NCBI GenBank assembly: GCA_963701075.1
Contig: OY969559.1
Span: 704,001-768,000, forward strand
Origin: an uncultured Nitrososphaerota archaeon
GTDB lineage: Archaea > Thermoproteota > Nitrososphaeria > Nitrososphaerales > Nitrosopumilaceae
Length of the DNA stretch: 64,000 bases
Reading direction: 5' to 3'
Shown here: positions 20,392 through 29,353 of the stretch, piece by piece
How the letters are laid out: every line of letters starts with the position of its first letter
Position numbering within the stretch: the first letter of the stretch is position 1
Made by a program: the position numbers and the translations under genes
The notes under the pieces: generated by a model
Told to the model about the DNA's origin: nothing
The model's database searches: none
What the model saw: only the letters and a program-made list of their open reading frames with translations

Positions 20392-20443
20392 TCCGGTACA
20401 ACTAGATAAATAAGATCATAATTCAAATCTAGAGGAAATCTAC
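20392..20443. repeat. 52-bp direct repeat, copy 2
   Basis: Matches 17003-17054 with one mismatch. Confidence 0.92.
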
Positions 20444-20474
20444 GTCACTTTTTTTAAGCATTAATTTTAGAATC

Positions 20475-20918
20475 ATAACAAATGAAACACGCAGACTTGC
20501 AATAACATTCATCATAATAGGTTCTTTTTTTGGTATCGTTTTTGCCTTTACACAACAAGCAAGATATTCGTATCCGGCTCCAGAACCTACAACAATGTGC
20601 AAAACAGTACAAAACATAGAACAGGCATTGGTATCTTTTACTGTTGACAAAGCAAAAGCAATTTCTATTGCAAAAGGCAGCATGGAATTTGAAAAAAATA
20701 CCGCAGGATACAATGTAGAAAATACCGAAGTACAGGTGCCCTTTAGTTTTAACGTATTTAGCTGCTCATTTCCTCGTATAGAAAATGTATTTGTGGGCTT
20801 TCTTCTCAGTAATGGAACACAATCGCATGTCTTGCTTTTGCAAGAAGACCCTTCCCTCGGTGGGGTTGACGCAATAGAACAAGTTCCAGTTGGTCAATAT
20901 GGATTTTTCAAACAATAG
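20475..20918 (+). CDS. Exported/membrane-anchored hypothetical protein, array member 1 (start uncertain)
   Basis: Frame is open upstream of 20595 through the TM LAITFIIIGSFFGIVFAF; start is ATA at 20475 or ATG at 20482 with an indel. Confidence 0.6.
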   Translation: MTNETRRLAITFIIIGSFFGIVFAFTQQARYSYPAPEPTTMCKTVQNIEQALVSFTVDKAKAISIAKGSMEFEKNTAGYNVENTEVQVPFSFNVFSCSFPRIENVFVGFLLSNGTQSHVLLLQEDPSLGGVDAIEQVPVGQYGFFKQ

Positions 20919-20921
20919 GAT

Positions 20922-21542
20922 ATGCCAAAAATGAAGATTCCATATCTTACAATAGTTTCAGTAACTACCTTGGCAATCACCATTTCAGTCTATGTTTTCC
21001 TTCTTATCCAAAACGAGCCAATACAACCACAGCAATGCTCAGAATCTCAATTAACCAATTGCATATCCAGTTTTAGCATGGAGATAGACAACGAGAGCAA
21101 AAATTATCATAAATTTCAAGTCATGGATACAGTAAACAAGCCAGTAGAATTTGACGGCATAAAATTCGTATATGCTGGCACCAGTACGCCTAGCACTGAC
21201 GGCATAAACTGTGATGCCGTATTTCCAAGGGCAATAAACTCAACCTTGGGTCACCACCCTCCAGAAATTGTAAACTATGGCGGATACTTCAAAATAAACG
21301 AGACTCGGCACTTTACTGCTACTTTTCCAAATGGCCAGACAAAATCCCTTACGCTGTGCTGGAATGGTAATGCAAGAGCAAAGGTTACGCAGATGATAGA
21401 TTCTGGCCTGGGAATAGGTCCAATGTTTTGTCCTTCAAGGACAAGTTGGTTTGATGATAACAAGACTGCCGGCATAATTCAAGATGAATACTGTTCTTCT
21501 GACAGTCCATATTATGACAATTACATTGCGGAGGTACGATAA
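20922..21542 (+). CDS. Exported Cys-rich hypothetical protein, array member 2
   Basis: MKIPYLTIV signal/anchor sequence. Confidence 0.75.
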   Translation: MPKMKIPYLTIVSVTTLAITISVYVFLLIQNEPIQPQQCSESQLTNCISSFSMEIDNESKNYHKFQVMDTVNKPVEFDGIKFVYAGTSTPSTDGINCDAVFPRAINSTLGHHPPEIVNYGGYFKINETRHFTATFPNGQTKSLTLCWNGNARAKVTQMIDSGLGIGPMFCPSRTSWFDDNKTAGIIQDEYCSSDSPYYDNYIAEVR

Positions 21543-22781
21543 ATGAAAACTCTACATCTTGCAATAATTCTAGCCAGCACATTTCTACTCCTTACACTTG
21601 GCACTCACAATACATTTGCATCACAGGAATTTATACTGTCATCTCTTCCAATTAATCTCAGTCCAAATCCTCCGGTGATGATAGATCAAGTAGAACTTGA
21701 CAGTGCATTTGCATTATTTCCTGATAATCAAACATGTTATGACAAGCCAGGATTTGCCAACAACTATACTTGTTCTACAAATTTGGTTCCAGGCCACAAG
21801 GTTCAATGCGCATATTTTATTGGCAGTAGCTACTGTGAACCCATACATCGATACACCAGCGGTACAAGACAGACATGCCTTGATCTAAATACCATTCAGA
21901 ATACACCTCAATGGTTTGATATGTACAATACGCAAAACAAGACAGTACAGATACAATTGTTTGCGCTCACAATACATCAAGGAACAAGACCATGGGGACA
22001 GCAAGGGATTCCTCCTGCCGTGATTAGTCTTGGACCATATGAAAAATGCACATACACATTTAATCCCGTAGACGAACCTCTCTCACTTGACCAGACAAAC
22101 ATGTCTACGGTAATATCGTACACATATGGTGCAAAGAACTATACCGTATCAACACCCGAGCTGACTGACATACAAAACGATAGCAGGACATGGCAACTTG
22201 ACGGAAACAAGTGGGTTTTTGCAGAACAAAATACGGTGCAACCTCCAGAGATTCCAATCTTGCCACTACAGCAACTCAAGTCAGGAATACCTATAGAGTA
22301 CATACAGTGCAAACCTCCTCTCGTACTGTTTCTAAAACAGGAAGATAAATCTCCTGCCTGTCTTACCCTTGATACGTCAGACAAGCTGCAAAAGATCAAG
22401 TGGCTTGCCCAGCCTCCATACCGTAACATCATTGTCAACAAGACAAGAGATCTAGTCACTTCAAGTCCAACTTTTGAGACTTTTGGAATCAAAAGCACTC
22501 TTTTTGTAGACAATGACTTTACATGCATCTTGACAGAACCACTGCAATGCACCAGCCAGGCCTTTTTTGATGGGGCTCGCCCCGGTTATGGCAATGGGAC
22601 AAATCCGCTTGTTCCTGTAAATACAATCATCCATCACAATGTGACAATTCTGACAAATAATACAAATCATGTAGAATGTGCAGTAATTGATGGACTCTGG
22701 GATGACCTAAACCAGAAACCACTTGAGAAAAATGATCCGATTTGTGGATATCTGTATGGATTCAAGGGAGGGTTGCCGTAG
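21543..22781 (+). CDS. MKTLHL-type exported protein, array member 3
   Basis: Signal peptide; PLQQLKSGI…C…KQEDKSPAC module. Confidence 0.8.
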   Translation: MKTLHLAIILASTFLLLTLGTHNTFASQEFILSSLPINLSPNPPVMIDQVELDSAFALFPDNQTCYDKPGFANNYTCSTNLVPGHKVQCAYFIGSSYCEPIHRYTSGTRQTCLDLNTIQNTPQWFDMYNTQNKTVQIQLFALTIHQGTRPWGQQGIPPAVISLGPYEKCTYTFNPVDEPLSLDQTNMSTVISYTYGAKNYTVSTPELTDIQNDSRTWQLDGNKWVFAEQNTVQPPEIPILPLQQLKSGIPIEYIQCKPPLVLFLKQEDKSPACLTLDTSDKLQKIKWLAQPPYRNIIVNKTRDLVTSSPTFETFGIKSTLFVDNDFTCILTEPLQCTSQAFFDGARPGYGNGTNPLVPVNTIIHHNVTILTNNTNHVECAVIDGLWDDLNQKPLEKNDPICGYLYGFKGGLP

Positions 22782-22783
22782 AA

Positions 22784-23722
22784 ATGAAAACTCTACATAT
22801 TTCAATAATCATATTGATTACAATCGTAATTGTGGAGATTAATACGAATGCGTATGCAACGTGTGCATTTACAGGTCTGGATAAAAAAGAGATCTGTGTG
22901 AACGGTAATCTACTTGATATTTCAGCACAAGGAGAAAATGATAGATGTGTTGCAGGACCGGGAATGTCGTGCCCAATAGCAAATATTGAATCGCCATTAA
23001 CGCAATTCAAATCAGGTATTGCAGCAAAGAATGTGGCATGTGCCAATGATCTTATGCTAGTTATCAAAGCAGAGGATAATTCTCCGGCATGTGTAAAATC
23101 TGATACTGCCCAGAAATTGATGGAAAAAGGTTGGACAAGAGAGGTTGTCACATCAAACTTGGATGTAGACTCGTCATGTAATGGAACCACAATACTTTCC
23201 CCAAACTATCACGCAATGATGTTTCCAGTTCTTTTGATGCAGCCAAACTCAACCTCATGTGTAAAATTGACTTATACTGTTATCAGACCTTATGGCGTGT
23301 ATGAAGATAGTGTAAGCTGGCCACAAAATGAGACCATTCCACTTCAGATAAGCGATCTAAACTATGAAGGTAATGCTAACGAGTTTGGAATAACTCAAGG
23401 AAAAGACTATACAAATTCATTCAACATTATTGCATTTCCAAAAATAATTGATCATGCAAATTATCCTGTAGGCTCTAACTTTACAGTAACTTATCTAATT
23501 CGACCTCTGCCAAACGCAACTGGCTTTTACGACCAATCAATACCAATGCCTCTCTGTTTTCGGTATCCTCTTGCAGTAGGACATACTGCAGAGCAAGTAA
23601 ACTCGTCTGATTTCTCAAAGGATCTATTCATTATGTTGAATCACTCCTGCATGAGAGGACAAGATGAACTTGTAGGAGTAGAGGTAAAGGGCATGAACTA
23701 CACTGAGATGAAGCTTCCATGA
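22784..23722 (+). CDS. MKTLHL-type exported protein, array member 4
   Basis: Start at MKTLHISII; SPLTQFKSGI…KAEDNSPAC module. Confidence 0.8.
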   Translation: MKTLHISIIILITIVIVEINTNAYATCAFTGLDKKEICVNGNLLDISAQGENDRCVAGPGMSCPIANIESPLTQFKSGIAAKNVACANDLMLVIKAEDNSPACVKSDTAQKLMEKGWTREVVTSNLDVDSSCNGTTILSPNYHAMMFPVLLMQPNSTSCVKLTYTVIRPYGVYEDSVSWPQNETIPLQISDLNYEGNANEFGITQGKDYTNSFNIIAFPKIIDHANYPVGSNFTVTYLIRPLPNATGFYDQSIPMPLCFRYPLAVGHTAEQVNSSDFSKDLFIMLNHSCMRGQDELVGVEVKGMNYTEMKLP

Positions 23723-23750
23723 TCTGCCAAAATTTACTGGATATTGCAAG

Positions 23751-25163
23751 ATGAAATCTCTATCTTTCTTAATAATTGCAATTCTGGTACTTTTCACACT
23801 GCTGTACCTCAAACCGATACAGGCAGACAGCACAGGTAACATCGAAATACAAGACATCAAAACTCTGCCTACTGCAGTTATCATTGGACACACGTTCAAG
23901 ATTAACGCGACCCTTGTCAACAACTCGATAAGCCCGATATCTGTTGAACATGGCCCCTGTGAAGCCCCGTTCTCTGCAACTTTTGATAGTCATGTCCTAG
24001 TCAGGATGAATAACATAACATGTACGACTGACATGGTCTTGCAAAAACTAGACCCCGAAGAAAAAATCACGGCCACCAGTCCATACTTGGATGTCGCCTA
24101 TGTGGCTTCACAACCAGGAACAGTAAACGCAACCGTAACATTCCGATATTCGATATGGGATCAAAATAACCAGTCAAACGTCGAGGAAAAAGTTTCAGCG
24201 CCATTTTCATTTAACATAAATCCTATGACCCAAGTGTCACCACTGGAACCATCTGAAAATAATGATAATTCTTTTGTGCTAAATTTCGAATCTGTAAAAG
24301 AGAGATATCTGACACTAATCAACGCAACAGAACTCAATCTTGTCATAACTAATAGTTCAGAGTTTAAGGAACAGGTACAAGGATACAACTATAGCTTTGC
24401 AGAAGCAATATCTAGACTTGGATATGATAAAAACAACAGCTATACGGTGTGGCCTGTAGATGTCGTATATTCTCTATATCACTCTGACTTGTATGACTAT
24501 GACAAGACACTGGTTGTTACAATGGATTCAAACTTGAATATGCTTGGCACTACAGAATACAATCCTTGGAATGTGCCGCCTGGCTATCCACGTCCTGCAA
24601 TGAGTCCACTCTTCATACATGGAAACTATGCCCCGCCGAAAATTGATATCAACAAACTGGTAAATCTCATACCACCTTCTCCGCCCGAGCAGGTAAAACA
24701 TGGAGTAGCTCCAAACGATGTTAACTGTCTTGCTGGTTTTGGATTGATCTTCAAGCAAGAAGACAGATCACCTGCTTGCGTCAGTGATAATACTGGCAGA
24801 TACCTCGCAGAACGTGGATGGGCAATAAATCAGACTCAAGAATCAATCATTCTGGCAGAGGACCATGGAGAAGATGATATGAACAAGAATGGAACAATAA
24901 CTGGAAAAAATACGATTGACATAAACATAAAAAATTTCCAGATTCTCTCTCCACCTGTTACTGTTGAAATCTTTTATTCAAATGGTACATTGTATGAGAC
25001 TGATGAAATATCCTCAAATAGCATTCAACCAGGCGGCTATTACAAATACACTTTTACAGTCTCATCTACAAATGCAAGTGATGTCTTTGGCAAATACCGG
25101 GTGGATGTAGAGCACAATGGCAACAAGGCAGAGACATTCGTTGAGATTTTAGTACCACCTTAG
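23751..25163 (+). CDS. MKTLHL-type exported protein, array member 5
   Basis: MKSLSFLII signal; SPPEQVKHGV…KQEDRSPAC module. Confidence 0.8.
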   Translation: MKSLSFLIIAILVLFTLLYLKPIQADSTGNIEIQDIKTLPTAVIIGHTFKINATLVNNSISPISVEHGPCEAPFSATFDSHVLVRMNNITCTTDMVLQKLDPEEKITATSPYLDVAYVASQPGTVNATVTFRYSIWDQNNQSNVEEKVSAPFSFNINPMTQVSPLEPSENNDNSFVLNFESVKERYLTLINATELNLVITNSSEFKEQVQGYNYSFAEAISRLGYDKNNSYTVWPVDVVYSLYHSDLYDYDKTLVVTMDSNLNMLGTTEYNPWNVPPGYPRPAMSPLFIHGNYAPPKIDINKLVNLIPPSPPEQVKHGVAPNDVNCLAGFGLIFKQEDRSPACVSDNTGRYLAERGWAINQTQESIILAEDHGEDDMNKNGTITGKNTIDINIKNFQILSPPVTVEIFYSNGTLYETDEISSNSIQPGGYYKYTFTVSSTNASDVFGKYRVDVEHNGNKAETFVEILVPP

Positions 25164-25165
25164 AA

Positions 25166-26335
25166 ATGAAAACGCTACATCTTATCGTAATTACAATTCT
25201 AGGAGTTGCCATTGTTATGGGCAGTAATGTCGTATCTGCACAGGCTGAAACAACGGTTTCTCCGCTAAAACAATTCCAATCAGGAATACCAATTTCGAAC
25301 ATACAGTGTGCGCAAGACCTTTCACTTGTCATCAAGGCAGAAGACAAAACTCCGGCCTGCATCAACCAAGACAGCATTTCAAAGCTCATACTACGTGGTT
25401 GGCTAAGTACAACATCTTCTCTTGGCCAAAATAATACAATTTTTGGCAACTTTTATCAAGGAATAGAAAATGATTCCGGAATTGTATCCATCAAGAACCA
25501 GACTTATTACATGATGACTGTATCAAACACCACTTATCCAATAGTACATGGCATGACAGTAAAATTCCATCAGGTAACTTTCTCATTTCCATATGGCGCA
25601 CAAGCTACGCCGGGAGGCATCATCATTCCTTTTGACATGACATTCCCAGACGGTACCACGGAAACATATGGAAACGTTACAAAGAATCCAGACGGTTCTG
25701 GTTCTATCTCAGGTATATCGCTTGGTCCCGGGCCATCATCAAACAGGACTGTTACGGTTCAAAGCGATCACATGCATCATCAATCTGGTGTAACCCTGAC
25801 AGAAGATCAGGTAAAACTCCTAGTTAGTACAGATACAACGACCATACAAACACAGACACCTGAAAACCATACATTACCTGCCTCGTTTGAGCCATGTGAC
25901 ACACCTTTTCCACAAAATTATACAGGGATACCAATCTTGTACATGCAGCAAAACTCGACAGCGAAAATTTGCGTAAGATACCACAACCTCAATGACTTTG
26001 CAGCCCAGGCAGGAATCAGAGTCTCTGATGCAGGCAACCTGACTGGAGAGGCAACTGCGATCTCAACTTGGAGTGACTCGGAAAACAACCAGATACCTCC
26101 AAATCAAGACCTAACAATTGTATACTGGATCAAGACGGGAGACAAGGCAGGATTTTATGGACTGACAATATTTTGTGCTCCGATGCCTTTGGTTGTGGGA
26201 TATGACAACAATTCTACCATAACTGCAAGTGATTTTCCATGGTTTGGCAAGCAGTTTGAATGCCCAATGGGAACATATGATTATCATATTGACAGCACGA
26301 CTGGGATTGGAGTAAAATACATGCCAGTGAAATAA
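25166..26335 (+). CDS. MKTLHL-type exported protein, array member 6
   Basis: Signal peptide; SPLKQFQSGI…KAEDKTPAC module. Confidence 0.8.
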   Translation: MKTLHLIVITILGVAIVMGSNVVSAQAETTVSPLKQFQSGIPISNIQCAQDLSLVIKAEDKTPACINQDSISKLILRGWLSTTSSLGQNNTIFGNFYQGIENDSGIVSIKNQTYYMMTVSNTTYPIVHGMTVKFHQVTFSFPYGAQATPGGIIIPFDMTFPDGTTETYGNVTKNPDGSGSISGISLGPGPSSNRTVTVQSDHMHHQSGVTLTEDQVKLLVSTDTTTIQTQTPENHTLPASFEPCDTPFPQNYTGIPILYMQQNSTAKICVRYHNLNDFAAQAGIRVSDAGNLTGEATAISTWSDSENNQIPPNQDLTIVYWIKTGDKAGFYGLTIFCAPMPLVVGYDNNSTITASDFPWFGKQFECPMGTYDYHIDSTTGIGVKYMPVK

Positions 26336-26351
26336 TGTAATGAAAAATTAC

Positions 26352-26791
26352 GGTTCCTAATTTTTTGGCAAACTTTATGTGTCCAAATTAACACTCTGGT
26401 TCAAAATCATGTTCATGAACAGTTCACAGGTTAATGGCAGGTTCAAAGTGTGAACCATGTTCAAAATTAAACTCATGTTCACAAGTTGGCAAGCTCTTTT
26501 TTTTTGAACCGTTTTTCATATATGAATTAACACGAGTTAACAAAACATTTTGTGCCTAGTGAGTCTAACTAACATAGAGTTAACAAACTTCGTGCGTGCA
26601 TTTTAACATGTTAAAAATTTGGTTCAAAATATTGTGAGCTAAATCTTAACATGTTAATTCTTGTTCAAACTGGTTAAATCATGTTAAAATTATAATGTCG
26701 CACATAATGTCATCTTGAATCGGACATTATACGAACGAAATCGAGGTAAAAAAGCTTTAATTATTGTGTAGCAATCGGACATTATTGGAAC
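26352..26791. repeat. Right non-coding element, inverted homologue of 12922-13323, plus an outer AATCGGACATTAT direct repeat
   Basis: TTCATGAACAGTT 26412-26424, TTCGTGCGTGC 26589-26599, ATAATGTC 26692 and 26704, GACATTAT 26723 and 26778. Confidence 0.85.
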
Positions 26792-26867
26792 AAAAAATAA
26801 CAGAATACAATTTTATCATGAACAATGTTTACGAATGCATAAATACATTAAAACCAAGTCTACGTAA

Positions 26868-27764
26868 ATGAAAGTCATTTTATTTTTAGGGTTTGTAGCA
26901 ATACTCTTTTTCGCAGGTGCAATGTTTGCAACTCAAGCCAGTGCACAGCAATATCCATCGCAGTCCGGACAACACCAATTCCAAGGAACGCGTACCCCTG
27001 TAAATGGCACAACATATACCAACGCTAACTATGGAGTTCAAGTGGCAATTCCAGATGGATGGAGTGGCTCTGAGATAAAGCGAACTACGGGAGCTACATC
27101 TGTAACTTTAGCACCGGGAGGATTTCAGTCAATGCAAGGAGGACAGCGTCCACCAGTTACTATATCTATATCCGTGATACCAAAAGGCTCTACACCATAT
27201 ACTCCACACTTTATGCCAAGAAATATGCAAGATGGTGAAACGTGTACCAATTCTACATCAACACAGACTTTTAACAGCTTGAACTTTAATGAAGTAATTG
27301 TAGAATGTAACGGAACTGTGGATATGAAGTCCCAGTATGAGATGACCCAGACAGACTCGGCCTATATTACACTTGGACTGAGGGCAAGCCCATCATCTGG
27401 TTTTGATTCTCAAGTTACAACCTTTGATACCATGCTTGGGACATTGCAGATTACAAACGCATCTCAGAATACCGTAACTCCATCTCAAAGCATTGTAATT
27501 CCGTCGTGGGTAAAGAAGAATGCTGGTTACTGGGCAACAGGTCAGCTAGGTGATTCTGATTTTGTTTCAGGTATGCAGTATTTAGTTCAACAAGGAATAA
27601 TGAAAATACCATTATCGACATCAGCATCAAATTCTTCATCTCAACAAATCCCATCTTGGGTAAAAACAAATGCTGGTTGGTGGGCCAATGGACAAATATC
27701 TGATAGCGACTTTGTCAAAGGAATACAATATCTTGTATCAAACGGCATAATGAAAATATCATAA
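26868..27764 (+). CDS. Secreted protein with two thaumarchaeal IPSWVK…AGWW…GIQYL C-terminal repeats
   Basis: Signal peptide; duplicated C-terminal module. Confidence 0.8.
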   Translation: MKVILFLGFVAILFFAGAMFATQASAQQYPSQSGQHQFQGTRTPVNGTTYTNANYGVQVAIPDGWSGSEIKRTTGATSVTLAPGGFQSMQGGQRPPVTISISVIPKGSTPYTPHFMPRNMQDGETCTNSTSTQTFNSLNFNEVIVECNGTVDMKSQYEMTQTDSAYITLGLRASPSSGFDSQVTTFDTMLGTLQITNASQNTVTPSQSIVIPSWVKKNAGYWATGQLGDSDFVSGMQYLVQQGIMKIPLSTSASNSSSQQIPSWVKTNAGWWANGQISDSDFVKGIQYLVSNGIMKIS

Positions 27765-27873
27765 ATCAAATCCCAACAAAACATTATCTCAGTACTTTGA
27801 TTAAATTTTGTTTATATCATGTCAGGAATCTGAAATATGATGTAATATTAAGAGAGTTTGATTACTGTTTAGC

Positions 27874-28887
27874 ATGTCTCAGCATCAAAAAACATTTCAG
27901 CTAACATCCAACTTGAAAATTTGCCGTATTCTAAACGGTATGTGGCAAGTATCAGGAGGTCATGGTCAAGTCAATCCAGAATCTGCTATATCTGATATGT
28001 TCTTGTATCATAATTTCGGTTTTACAACATGGGACATGGCAGACATTTATGGTCCTGCAGAAGAATACATTGGTGAATTTAGAAAAAGACTTGCAAAAAA
28101 TAAAGGAGAGGCAGAACTTGATACCATGCAAGCACTAACAAAATTTGTTCCAAATCCAGGACCAATGACTAGAACCATAGTGGAACACTACATAGACAAG
28201 TCAATTCGTAGAATGAATGTAAAGACAATCGATGTAGTACAATTTCATTGGTGGGACTATAACGATACAAGATATCTTGATGCATTACATCATCTTTCAA
28301 AGATTCGTGATGAGGGAAAAATAAAACATCTCGCGTTGACAAACTTTGATACAGAAAGAATTGAGATCATGATAGAAAATGGATTCAAACTAGTATCAAA
28401 TCAAGTACAATATTCTGTGCTAGATCAGAGACCTGAAGTCAAAATGACTACATTTTGTCAAAAACATGGAATAAAACTATTGACGTATGGAACTCTGCTT
28501 GGTGGACTTTTGTCTGAAAAATATCTAGGTAAACCAGAACCGTCCAGATCTCAGCTTGATACGCCAAGTTTGCAAAAATACAAAAACATGATTGATGCAT
28601 GGGGTAGTTGGAATCTATTTCAGGATCTACTTGTTGTACTTGATGGTATATCCAAGAAACACCATGTTAGTATTGCAAATGTTGCTACAAGATACATCCT
28701 GGATAAACCTGCAGTAGCAGGTGTAATAATTGGAGCAAGATTGGGTATTGCAGAACACAAATCCGATAATGTGAGAGTGTTTGAATTCCAACTAGACAAA
28801 GAGGATAGTGACGCCATAAAATCAATAACATCAAGATCTAACAACCTGTTTGAAAGAATTGGAGACTGTGGCGATGAATATAGATAA
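27874..28887 (+). CDS. Aldo/keto reductase
   Basis: DMADIYG, GKIKHLALTNF, NQVQYS, YGTLLGGLL motifs. Confidence 0.92.
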   Translation: MSQHQKTFQLTSNLKICRILNGMWQVSGGHGQVNPESAISDMFLYHNFGFTTWDMADIYGPAEEYIGEFRKRLAKNKGEAELDTMQALTKFVPNPGPMTRTIVEHYIDKSIRRMNVKTIDVVQFHWWDYNDTRYLDALHHLSKIRDEGKIKHLALTNFDTERIEIMIENGFKLVSNQVQYSVLDQRPEVKMTTFCQKHGIKLLTYGTLLGGLLSEKYLGKPEPSRSQLDTPSLQKYKNMIDAWGSWNLFQDLLVVLDGISKKHHVSIANVATRYILDKPAVAGVIIGARLGIAEHKSDNVRVFEFQLDKEDSDAIKSITSRSNNLFERIGDCGDEYR

Positions 28888-28994
28888 ACCATCAAACAAG
28901 AATCAGAGTGTAGACAAATCTAAGATTATTTTCACATAATTTGTTATGATCGTACCTGAGTCAATAAAATCAAAATTAAGATCTGCGACTAACC

Positions 28995-29315
28995 CTATTT
29001 TGTACTAGCTTCACGAACAGCCATTGCATAATCGCAATCTGCTTTAAGCCTCATGTATGGAATGAGTCTGTAATGAATGGAATACAGATCTTTTTCCTTG
29101 TACAATATTCCCTTTAGCAAAAGTGAGACAAATCCACCAGCTATGCGTGATGATGGAATATTTAGCTCCTTGCATACCTCATCACGTTTTTTCTTGTATT
29201 GCTCTAAAGTAAAACTGATATTATTTATTTCAAGAATTAGGGGCCACATGACTTTTTCCCACACTAATCTTCTGTTTTGTGTTGCAGAAGCATATTTCCC
29301 CTTCTGGCTTAACAT
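28995..29315 (-). CDS. Hypothetical protein (possible winged helix)
   Basis: Compact ORF with plausible composition, divergent from the next gene. Confidence 0.65.
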   Translation of the reverse strand: MLSQKGKYASATQNRRLVWEKVMWPLILEINNISFTLEQYKKKRDEVCKELNIPSSRIAGGFVSLLLKGILYKEKDLYSIHYRLIPYMRLKADCDYAMAVREASTK

Positions 29316-29353
29316 TGATAACGTTCAAAAGTCTATTCTTAATTTATTGGTTG

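Larger units (their letters stand above)
12922..26791. mobile_element. Accessory genomic island bounded by long diverged inverted repeats; no integrase or transposase visible
   Basis: Next to a tRNA; pseudogene debris, TA pair, bacterial-type cargo, paralogous secreted-protein array, inverted homologous ends. Confidence 0.65.

Noticed and set aside
20429-20713. 94-aa minus-strand ORF and the many other short antisense ORFs in the track
   Set aside because: Shadow frames of better-supported genes on the opposite strand.
26685-26740. Xer dif site (GTTCGTATAATGT resembles a XerC arm)
   Set aside because: No matching second arm at 6-bp spacing; resemblance is only partial.
12756-26860. Classical tRNA-targeted integrative element or casposon
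   Set aside because: No duplicated tRNA fragment at the far end. No integrase, Cas1 or PolB. Inverted ends are too diverged for fresh TIRs and no target-site duplication was seen.
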